A stretch of 64,000 bases of DNA. It comes from Minisyncoccota bacterium. Its GTDB lineage: Bacteria; Patescibacteriota; Minisyncoccia; UBA6257; JAGOQP01. The notes below the pieces were generated by a model. The model saw nothing but the letters and a program-made list of their open reading frames with translations. It was not told the DNA's origin and did not search any database. Below are positions 30,329-37,755 of the stretch, one piece after another. Location of the stretch: NCBI GenBank assembly GCA_041661795.1, contig JBAZTS010000003.1, positions 3,939 to 67,938 on the forward strand, in the 5' to 3' direction. Each line of letters starts with the position of its first letter. Position 1 is the stretch's first letter. Both the position numbers and the translations under genes were made by a program.

Positions 30329-30952
30329 CTAAAATTTTAACTGAACAATTTTTGTCTTTTTTATTTCCTCTAAATCCTTTTTCTTAAAAACAAACTTCTC
30401 TTCACTTTTTAAGACATCGCCGTTAAAATTGGAAATAAAACTTTTAATATCCAACGTTTTTCTTTTTAATCCATCAATTTTATAGAAAGAAGGAATAAAC
30501 ACTTTGGGATTTATTTGCCTGACCAATTTAAGCATAGCATCCTGAGAAACAAAGGGGGTTCCTCCGACTGGTCCTATAACAACATCCACCTCTTCCATAT
30601 TTTCTAACGCTTGAGTGGGTAATTCCTCAGAGAGATGCCCCAACACTCCCAGAGTTATGTCGTCCCACTTAATAACAAAAACAGATTTAAAAAATTTTTC
30701 AGATGATTCTTTGGGCAGGGAAAAACCCTTAATTGAAACTCCCTTAAAATCATACTCGCCCGCCCCTATAACAGAAAAGTCGGCCTGATTATTATCGGTC
30801 GATTGGGGCCAGGGGCTTATGCTTTTTATAAGAATATCTGTTTTGAATCGAGGGGGTGTTATTCCAGAAGAAGCTTCCGGTGGATCCAACAAAACAGAGG
30901 TTTCTCCGTTTTGAATTTTAAAACACCCTTCTCCGTGCCAAGTTATTACCAT
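30329..30952 (-). CDS. Metallo-beta-lactamase-fold protein (degenerate metal site)
   Basis: MVITWHGEGCFKI, G.GEY...GV.I.G; no HxHxDH motif. Confidence 0.8.
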   Translation of the reverse strand: MVITWHGEGCFKIQNGETSVLLDPPEASSGITPPRFKTDILIKSISPWPQSTDNNQADFSVIGAGEYDFKGVSIKGFSLPKESSEKFFKSVFVIKWDDITLGVLGHLSEELPTQALENMEEVDVVIGPVGGTPFVSQDAMLKLVRQINPKVFIPSFYKIDGLKRKTLDIKSFISNFNGDVLKSEEKFVFKKKDLEEIKKTKIVQLKF

Positions 30953-31194
30953 AACAGAATGTAATTTTATCACCAAAAAACTTGCTTTGCAAATGTTTTT
31001 CTAGTATCATTCTTTTTACGCTTTTGGCAAATAAAGCAATTATTATTAAAAAGCCCTGCCCACCAGTGACTGAATGATGTTTTTGGGTAATCCCGTTGTT
31101 CCAAGCACCTTAGATAGGTTTTTACCAAAGAACAGAGCAAGGGTAATGGCAGGCGGGCAAAAATGGTGGTTTGCTATAAAAACCACAAAGTATT

Positions 31195-32328
31195 ATGAAG
31201 ATAAAACCATCAGAAGATTCAAAAAAGAGTAATCCTCTTTTTTATTTATTAAAAAATAACCCAAACTTATTAACGCCGCCAAAGGAAGGAGACACCTTTG
31301 ATGCTGAGCTACTATATAAGGACGAACGCAGAGCCTATTTTGATTTAGAAGGAAAAAGCACTGGAATCGTCTTTGGATTAGAGTTTATTAATGCAAAAGA
31401 CATAATAAAAGGATTGGAAATCGGTCAAAAAACGACTATTACGATTACCAATCCGGAAAATAATGACGGAGAAACAGAAATTTCTTTAGTTAAAGCCCTT
31501 TGGCAACAGAACTGGCAGGAAATAAAGAGGTCTAAAGACGCGTCAGAACCAGTGGTGGTTAAAATATTAGGAGCTAATAGTGGTGGACTGATGGCCGAGC
31601 TTTATGGAATTAAGGCGTTCGTCCCAGTTTCTCAGCTTTCGGCCCAAAATTATCCTCACGTTGAAGATGGTGATAAAAATAAAATCTTAGACGAACTAAA
31701 AAAATTCATAGGAAAAGATATGGAAGTAAAGGTATTGGATTTTAACCCTAAGGCCGATAAATTAATACTTTCAGAAAAAGAACTAACTGGAGAAGGAGTT
31801 AAAAAATCGCTGGAAAATTATAAAATTGGAGATACTGTTGATATTATAGTTTCTGGGGTGGCTGATTTTGGAGTTTTTGTTAAATTTGCCGACGATCTAA
31901 ATATTGAGGGTCTAGTTCACATATCCGAGATAGACCATAAACTCATAGATTCACCAAAGGAAATTGTTAAGGTTAACGATCTACTTAAAGCTAAAATAAT
32001 AGAAATTAAAGACGGCAAGGTCTCTTTGTCCTTCAAGGCCTTAAAACCAAATCCTTGGGATAAGGCGTTGGAATTTTTCAAAGAAGAACAAGAAGTCAAA
32101 GGAACCGTAACAAAGTTTAATCCTTTTGGAGCTTTAATTTTTTTGGGAAACGACTTACAAGGATTAATTCACATCTCCGAATTTTCCGCCCAAGGCGGAT
32201 CCGCCTCTGGCGGAGAAAGTAATATGGAAAAAATGAAAGAGACGATTGAGGTTGGAAAAGAGTACACATTTGTTGTCTCACAATTAAAACCTGACGAGAA
32301 AAGAATTATTCTAAAACTCAAAAAATAA
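31195..32328 (+). CDS. rpsA: 30S ribosomal protein S1-like protein (4 S1 domains) with a 10-aa insert
   Basis: Repeated S1 motifs (FGVFV, EGLVHISE, GLIHISE); extra SAQGGSASGG. Confidence 0.93.
   Translation: MKIKPSEDSKKSNPLFYLLKNNPNLLTPPKEGDTFDAELLYKDERRAYFDLEGKSTGIVFGLEFINAKDIIKGLEIGQKTTITITNPENNDGETEISLVKALWQQNWQEIKRSKDASEPVVVKILGANSGGLMAELYGIKAFVPVSQLSAQNYPHVEDGDKNKILDELKKFIGKDMEVKVLDFNPKADKLILSEKELTGEGVKKSLENYKIGDTVDIIVSGVADFGVFVKFADDLNIEGLVHISEIDHKLIDSPKEIVKVNDLLKAKIIEIKDGKVSLSFKALKPNPWDKALEFFKEEQEVKGTVTKFNPFGALIFLGNDLQGLIHISEFSAQGGSASGGESNMEKMKETIEVGKEYTFVVSQLKPDEKRIILKLKK
32185..32214. mobile_element. 30-bp double-hairpin element, in frame in rpsA
   Basis: tccgcc-caa-ggcgga-tccgcc-tct-ggcgga. 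Confidence 0.88.
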
Positions 32329-32351
32329 TAAAACACTTGTGCAGATATATT

Positions 32352-32378
32352 ACAAAACCCGCTTCTGGCGGGTTTTGT
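32352..32378 (+). terminator. Intrinsic terminator after rpsA
   Basis: acaaaacccgc-ttctg-gcgggttttgt. Confidence 0.8.
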
Positions 32379-32466
32379 TTAAAATTTGATTTTTATATTT
32401 TCAAATACTATAATTTCTACTCACTTTATACTTTTAAATTTATAATTTATACTTATACACACTGAA

Positions 32467-34320
32467 ATGAAAATCAACAAACCGTCAAATATTTTAAAAA
32501 ATATATTAGTTATCATCCTTGTGATCTTTTCCGTCCTTCTTTTTTTCTCGGCTTTTTATTCTCAGGAAGAAGAGACACAAAGCATAACTTTAAATGATTT
32601 AGTTACTCAAATTAACGGCGGCGGTATAACAAAAATTACCGTTCAAGGAGAGAGTATTTTTGTTGATTTGGTAAGTGGAGAAAAAGCCATAGCCAGAAAA
32701 GAAATGGAGTCGGGTTTATCAGAAACACTAAAAAACCTGGGAGTTGATCCACAAAAAATGTCCACCATCCCATTGGAGATAAAAGATGAGTCGGGTTTTA
32801 AATTGTGGGCCGGTGTTCTCTTACCAACCTTGATTCCAATAATAGTAATTGGCCTATTCTTTTGGTGGACTTTCAGGCAAGCAAAATCAGGGGCTTCACA
32901 GGCATTTAATTTTGGAAAATCAAACCTAAAGCTTTTTTCTCCTTTTAAAGACAGGATTACATTTGCCGATGTGGCTGGCCTCCAAGAATCAAAACAAGAA
33001 TTAATGGAGGTTGTTGATTTTCTAAAAAATCCAAAAAAATATCTGGATTTGGGAGCGGTTATTCCAAGAGGCGTTCTGCTTTTAGGAATGCCAGGAACCG
33101 GAAAGACGCTTTTGGCCAGAGCCGTAGCCGGAGAAGCTGAAGTCCCCTTCTTTCATATCAGCGCCTCTGAATTTGTTGAAATGTTTGTCGGCGTAGGAGC
33201 ATCAAGAACCCGTGACGCTTTTTCAACTGCCAAAAAAGCGGCTCCTTCTATATTATTCATAGATGAAATAGACGCCATCGGAAGAGAACGTGGAGCGGGC
33301 TTAGGAGGAGGACATGACGAAAGAGAGCAAACTTTAAATCAAATACTAGTTGAAATGGATGGATTTGAAAAAGAAAATCAAGTAATAGTACTTGCCGCTA
33401 CCAATAGACCGGACATTTTAGACCCAGCCCTTTTAAGACCGGGGCGTTTTGACAGAAGGGTGATTTTAGATCTTCCCGATTTAAACGACAGAGAACAAAT
33501 ACTTAAAATACACTCAAGAAATAAGGCCTTTTCTAAAGATGTTGATTTGAGAAAAATAGCCACAAGAACTCCGGGTTTTTCGGGAGCGGACCTGGCCAAT
33601 TTAATGAATGAAGGAGCAATACTGGCCGCTAGAAAAAATAAAAAACAAACAGAACAGGAAGATTTATATGAATCCATAGAAAAAGTTTTATTGGGTCCAG
33701 AAAGAAAATCGAGAGTTCTTAATAAAAAAGAAAGAGATATTACCGCCTATCATGAAGCTGGGCATGCTTTGGTCTCGGCCTGTTTAAAAGATGCTGACCC
33801 GGTTCATAAGGTTTCCATAATCGCTCGTGGGCAAGCCGGCGGATACACGTTAAAACTTCCTTTAGAAGACATGCATCTTAAAACCAGAAGACAATTTGTA
33901 GCTGATCTGGCTACTATGTTTGGAGGATACGCCACGGAAAAAATGGTTTTTGGAGACATTAGCACCGGAGCATCCAACGATCTTTCGGTTGCCTCTGATA
34001 TGGCCAGAAAATTGGTGACTAAGTATGGAATGAGTGAAAAATTTGGTCCGATAACTTTTGGGAAAACACAAGAATTGGTTTTTTTGGGAAAAGAAATTTC
34101 AACGGAAAAAAATTATTCGGAAGCTACCGCGCTTGAAATAGACAAAGAAGTGGGGAAATTTATAGAAACGGCCTATTCCTTGGCTAAAAAGATTATCAAA
34201 GACAAAAGAAAGGTTTTAGACATAATAGCCAAAACTCTTATGGATAAAGAAACGATAGAGAAAGATGCGTTTGATGAAATTATAAGAAAATCAAAGATAA
34301 AAAAAATAGAAATAAAATAA
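32467..34320 (+). CDS. ftsH: ATP-dependent zinc metalloprotease FtsH
   Basis: Two TMs, [13 protein letters not shown], second-region-of-homology motif, HEAGH. Confidence 0.99.
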   Translation: MKINKPSNILKNILVIILVIFSVLLFFSAFYSQEEETQSITLNDLVTQINGGGITKITVQGESIFVDLVSGEKAIARKEMESGLSETLKNLGVDPQKMSTIPLEIKDESGFKLWAGVLLPTLIPIIVIGLFFWWTFRQAKSGASQAFNFGKSNLKLFSPFKDRITFADVAGLQESKQELMEVVDFLKNPKKYLDLGAVIPRGVLLLGMPGTGKTLLARAVAGEAEVPFFHISASEFVEMFVGVGASRTRDAFSTAKKAAPSILFIDEIDAIGRERGAGLGGGHDEREQTLNQILVEMDGFEKENQVIVLAATNRPDILDPALLRPGRFDRRVILDLPDLNDREQILKIHSRNKAFSKDVDLRKIATRTPGFSGADLANLMNEGAILAARKNKKQTEQEDLYESIEKVLLGPERKSRVLNKKERDITAYHEAGHALVSACLKDADPVHKVSIIARGQAGGYTLKLPLEDMHLKTRRQFVADLATMFGGYATEKMVFGDISTGASNDLSVASDMARKLVTKYGMSEKFGPITFGKTQELVFLGKEISTEKNYSEATALEIDKEVGKFIETAYSLAKKIIKDKRKVLDIIAKTLMDKETIEKDAFDEIIRKSKIKKIEIK

Positions 34321-34331
34321 TCAATTCAACC

Positions 34332-34364
34332 AAAAATGACCCAAGATAAAAATGGGTCATTTTT
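34332..34364 (+). terminator. Intrinsic terminator after ftsH
   Basis: aaaaatgaccca...tgggtcattttt. Confidence 0.75.
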
Positions 34365-34418
34365 TTATGAAACATTGAAACAATTTTTTTATTGATATAG
34401 AATTTGATAATTAAAATC

Positions 34419-34490
34419 GCGCCTGTAGCTCAGTGGTAGAGCGCTACTCTTATAAAGTAGATGTCGTAGGTTCGATCCCTACCAGGCGCA
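34419..34490 (+). tRNA. tRNA-Ile(TAT)
   Basis: GCGCCTG/CAGGCGC acceptor stem, CTACT-CT TAT AA-AGTAG anticodon arm, GGTTCGATCC, discriminator A. Confidence 0.93.
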
Positions 34491-34492
34491 CT

Positions 34493-35110
34493 ATGGATTG
34501 GCTCAATTCATTTATAGATCAATACTCCAATTTTGCTTATCTAATAGTATTCTTGGCAATAATAATCGAAGGAGACGTTTCTCTTCTTTTATTCGGAGCT
34601 TTAAGCAAAGAGCACTACGTCAAATTTTGGGAGGTTTATGTTATAGCCATAGTAGCCGCCGCTATCCACGATATTATATTTTGGAACATCGGCGATCGAA
34701 TCGCTAAATCCAACAGAACAAAATATTTATTTTTTGATTTTATAAAAGCCAAAGCTTTTTTAGAAAGAATGAGGCCCTTGGCTGGAATTTTTATATTTCT
34801 CTCTAAGTTTGCTTGGAATCTTAACAGGGTGGTTCTTGTTTGTGTTGGCTATATAAGGATAGATTTTAAAACATTTGTCAAGTACTCAATACCGGTGGCC
34901 ATTCTTTGGCCGTTAATATTTCTTTCTGTGGGGTATGTATTCGCCGACCAAACTCAGATATTTAAACAGAAGATTGAGATAGCCGGATTATTTATAATTG
35001 GCATTCTTGTTTTGTTGGTTGTGTTTGAATTGAAATTAAAAACAATTTTTAAAAAATATTTTTACGAAGATTCTGGTGTTGAAAAAAATGGCGGTTCTGA
35101 TGTAAAGTAA
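34493..35110 (+). CDS. DedA family membrane protein
   Basis: IIEGD..LL..G, D...W..G, hydrophobic; ATG 2 nt after the tRNA. Confidence 0.85.
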   Translation: MDWLNSFIDQYSNFAYLIVFLAIIIEGDVSLLLFGALSKEHYVKFWEVYVIAIVAAAIHDIIFWNIGDRIAKSNRTKYLFFDFIKAKAFLERMRPLAGIFIFLSKFAWNLNRVVLVCVGYIRIDFKTFVKYSIPVAILWPLIFLSVGYVFADQTQIFKQKIEIAGLFIIGILVLLVVFELKLKTIFKKYFYEDSGVEKNGGSDVK

Positions 35111-35290
35111 TACTGATTATATGCACTCTTAGCTCAGTTGGCCCTAAAAATTTTATTGTAGTAAAATTTAACGGGTAAATTAGAGCGCTAGTTTATTCCC
35201 GATTTGTTTCTGATATAATCAGAATTACAAATCGCAATCCTGCTTATGGTGGGCGCATAGCTCAGTTGATTAGAGCGTCCGCCTCATTCA

Positions 35291-35397
35291 CCCCGTTAGA
35301 TTTATGAGGGCACTTAGCTCAGTGGTAGAGCGACTCGTTTACACCGAGTAGGTCGGGGGTTCAATCCCTCCAGTGCCCACAAAAAAATCTAACGGGG
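35291..35397. mobile_element. 13-bp inverted-repeat element enclosing tRNA-Val
   Basis: ccccgttagattt (35291-35303) / aaatctaacgggg (35385-35397), perfect inverted repeat. Confidence 0.75.
35308..35379 (+). tRNA. tRNA-Val(TAC), intact (inner layer)
   Basis: GGGCACT/AGTGCCC acceptor stem, ACTCG-TT TAC AC-CGAGT anticodon arm, GGTTCAATCC. Confidence 0.96.
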
Positions 35398-35468
35398 CAA
35401 GCGCAAAAACCCCATGTTTGAGCCCTGGTGCGCCCACCATGCGCGGGACATCGAGGAGGTCATAGGTT

Positions 35469-35498
35469 TCCGCCAGAGGCGGATCCGCCTCTGGCGGA
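35469..35498. mobile_element. 30-bp double-hairpin element in a tRNA T-loop
   Basis: tccgcc-aga-ggcgga-tccgcc-tct-ggcgga; removing it restores GGTT|CAATCC. Confidence 0.88.
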
Positions 35499-35556
35499 CA
35501 ATCCTCCAGCACCCACTAAATAACAACTTTTTAGTGATATTAAAAAAAGCCAGTAT

Positions 35557-35584
35557 TTAAGCCGAAAGTGAGTTTCGGCTTAAA
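35557..35584. terminator. Hairpin / possible terminator after the tRNA locus
   Basis: ttaagccgaaa-gtgag-tttcggcttaa, inside an outer aaaaaagc..gctttttt stem. Confidence 0.55.
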
Positions 35585-35636
35585 ACCTAGCTTTTTTGAA
35601 AATTACCCATTTTCACCCCCAAAATATGGTTTAAAA

Positions 35637-35652
35637 TGTTTCACGTGAAACA
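35637..35652. promoter_or_regulatory. parS centromere site
   Basis: Perfect TGTTTCACGTGAAACA, about 5.4 kb from oriC. Confidence 0.95.
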
Positions 35653-35712
35653 ATTTTTTTATTTTAAAGTGGCAAAGATGTGGCAATTCCATTTCCACTT
35701 GGTTTCCACTTT

Positions 35713-35743
35713 ACCACCACACTAATAGTATTAGTGTGGTGGT
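35713..35743. repeat. 31-bp perfect palindrome (14-3-14), CCACAC family
   Basis: accaccacactaat-agt-attagtgtggtggt. Confidence 0.8.
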
Positions 35744-35760
35744 TTATTTCCACTTTACAA

Positions 35761-35776
35761 TGTTTCACGTGAAACA
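35761..35776. promoter_or_regulatory. parS centromere site
   Basis: Perfect TGTTTCACGTGAAACA. Confidence 0.95.
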
Positions 35777-35805
35777 ATTTGTATCATTTTTGGTATAATA
35801 AAGGC

Positions 35806-36246
35806 ATGAATTACAATAAATTAGTTGGATCCACAGGTGAAGGCGTCGCCTGTGGATATCTTATGGAAAAGGGGTATAAAATATTATTTAGGAATTACGC
35901 TACTAAGTTTGGGGAGCTTGATATAATAACTAAATCACCAGATAAAACCTTAGTATTTTGCGAAGTAAAGTCGTTACTTTTAAAGCGGAAAGGAAGTGGC
36001 AATAAAGTGGAAAGTTATCCACAACAAAGTGGCAATAAAGTGGAAAACCTGTGGCAAACCAATTATACACCGGAGGACAATATGTCTGCGTCTAAGATAA
36101 AGAAGTTTAAAAAGATCGCCCAGTGGTACGCAAATCAGAATAATAACCTTATAGACGAATCAGTGGGTTACAGGTTGGACTTAATAGCTGTGGAATTATC
36201 AGATGTAGATGCTCCCATTATAAGACATTATGAGAATATAAGTTAG
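35806..36246 (+). CDS. yraN: YraN (UPF0102) family protein with an internal repeat insert
   Basis: G..GE..A..YL..KGY.I..RN....GELDII, LVF.EVK, RLDLIAV. Confidence 0.92.
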   Translation: MNYNKLVGSTGEGVACGYLMEKGYKILFRNYATKFGELDIITKSPDKTLVFCEVKSLLLKRKGSGNKVESYPQQSGNKVENLWQTNYTPEDNMSASKIKKFKKIAQWYANQNNNLIDESVGYRLDLIAVELSDVDAPIIRHYENIS

Positions 36247-36339
36247 TTAAAAGTCAGGGGTCTGGATACTTGACAGAATTGCTTGTGTATATCCTAATAC
36301 TAACTTTATACTTTCTGCTTTATGCCTTATACTTAGCAT

Positions 36340-36876
36340 ATGTCAGGGCATAATAAATGGAGTCAGATAAAAAACAAAAAGGGGGTGACCGACAAAAAAA
36401 GGAGTCAGGTTTTTTCGAAATTACTTAGAGCTATATCTCTTGCCGCTAAACAGAATGACAATCCTCAATATAATTCCAAACTCAAAGCGACGATGGACAA
36501 AGCTAAAGAAAATAACGTACCTCAGGAAAACATAGAAAGGGCTATAAAAAAATCTCAAGAAGTTGAAAATATCGAAAGCTTAATAATAGAATCTTATGGA
36601 CCAGAGGGGGTGGCTCTTTTAATAGAGGCGTCCACAGACAACAGAAATAGAACCATATCAGAAATAAAAAGAATTATATCCGATCACCAAGGCAAGTGGG
36701 CTGATCCGGGAAGTGTAATGTGGGCATTTGAACCAGACACAAACGAGCACGTTTGGAAGGCAAAATTTCCTCAAAAAATATCAGAGGATGGAGAACGGCG
36801 TCTCTTGTCTTTAATGGAGGCCCTAGATGATCACGGCGACGTTGATGAAATTTATACCAATGCTAATTTGGAATAA
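36340..36876 (+). CDS. yebC: YebC/PmpR family protein (short form)
   Basis: MSGHNKWSQIK.KKG..D, E.YGP.GVA, TDNRNRT. Confidence 0.95.
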   Translation: MSGHNKWSQIKNKKGVTDKKRSQVFSKLLRAISLAAKQNDNPQYNSKLKATMDKAKENNVPQENIERAIKKSQEVENIESLIIESYGPEGVALLIEASTDNRNRTISEIKRIISDHQGKWADPGSVMWAFEPDTNEHVWKAKFPQKISEDGERRLLSLMEALDDHGDVDEIYTNANLE

Positions 36877-36879
36877 TTT

Positions 36880-37371
36880 ATGAAGATTTTAGGGATTGAT
36901 CCTGGAAGCACCAGGGCTGGATATGGTGTTATAGAATTTGATAAAAATCACCAGGTTTTTATTAGTGGTGGAATAATAGATATAAAATCAAAAGACAAAA
37001 ACAATCGTTTGGCAGAACTGGAAAAGGGGATAAATAAGATAATAAAAAAGAATGGACCCGATTTGGTCGGGATAGAAAAGCTCTATTTTGTTAAAAACAT
37101 GAAAACTGCGCTTGAGGTAGCTCAATCAAGGGGTGTTCTAATTCTCTGTTGTGTTAAAGAGAAAATTCCCATTTTAGAATTTACCCCATTAGAAATAAAA
37201 CAGGGGATAACAGGATGGGGAGGAGCTGATAAAAAATCTGTTGAGTTGTGGGTTAAGAAGATATTAAAAATAGAAAACTTAAAGGAGGTAGATGATGTTT
37301 TTGACGCTTTGGCAATAGCTATTGTTACCGGATATTCTTTTTTAAACAATAAATTTCAAAATCAGGGTTAG
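36880..37371 (+). CDS. ruvC: Holliday junction resolvase RuvC
   Basis: ILGIDPGS...GYG, IEKLYF, G.G.ADK, DD..DALAIA. Confidence 0.97.
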   Translation: MKILGIDPGSTRAGYGVIEFDKNHQVFISGGIIDIKSKDKNNRLAELEKGINKIIKKNGPDLVGIEKLYFVKNMKTALEVAQSRGVLILCCVKEKIPILEFTPLEIKQGITGWGGADKKSVELWVKKILKIENLKEVDDVFDALAIAIVTGYSFLNNKFQNQG

Positions 37372-37489
37372 GCATCTTGACTTTAATTATAGAAAAGTTA
37401 TATTTCTATAATTAAAAATTAACCTTCCAAGATTTTATTAAATAAAATCGGGGCGGGCAAAAAGGTCGCTTCTTATTTTAAAAATAAAA

Positions 37490-37699
37490 ATGTTTTTTCA
37501 AGAAACTTTAAATCTAAAAGATTTTCTTCTTTTCAGCGACGACGACATGAGTGATGTAACGGACGACGAAGAAGAGCTTATTGAAGCAGGAGACGAAGAA
37601 GAGGATGAGGAAGAGGACGACGAAGAGGGCGGGGACAAGGACGACAAAGATAAAAAACCAAAAAAACCCGACGTCGTAGATGAATTAGATGAAAATTAA
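37490..37699 (+). CDS. Small, highly acidic hypothetical protein
   Basis: 69 aa with a D/E-rich tract, own upstream promoter-like region and a downstream hairpin. Confidence 0.6.
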   Translation: MFFQETLNLKDFLLFSDDDMSDVTDDEEELIEAGDEEEDEEEDDEEGGDKDDKDKKPKKPDVVDELDEN

Positions 37700-37755
37700 A
37701 ACAAGAGCCCGTCATTAAATTGGCGGGTTTTTGTTTTTTGGAATACAATATAAGT

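Larger units (their letters stand above)
35251..35439 (+). pseudogene. Decayed tRNA with CAT anticodon (Ile2/Met-like), interrupted after the anticodon (middle layer)
   Basis: GGGCGCATAGCTCAGTTGATTAGAGCGTCCGCCTCAT [insert] AAGCG...GTTTGAGCCCTGGTGCGCCCACCA; acceptor stem intact, T arm mutated. Confidence 0.8.
35123..35515 (+). pseudogene. Decayed tRNA-Val-like gene with insertions in the D-loop, anticodon loop and T-loop (outer layer)
   Basis: GCACTCTTAGCTCAGTTGG [insert] TTAGAGCG... [insert] ACATCGAGGAGGTCATAGGTT [30-bp element] CAATCC. Confidence 0.7.

Noticed and set aside
34433-34492. N-terminal extension of the DedA ORF given in the ORF track
   Set aside because: It overlaps the intact tRNA-Ile; the ATG at 34493 is the plausible start.
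35251-35439. Group I intron in the tRNA(CAT) anticodon loop
   Set aside because: The insert is only about 110 nt, consists of inverted repeats plus a tRNA, shows no ribozyme core, and the host T arm is mutated.
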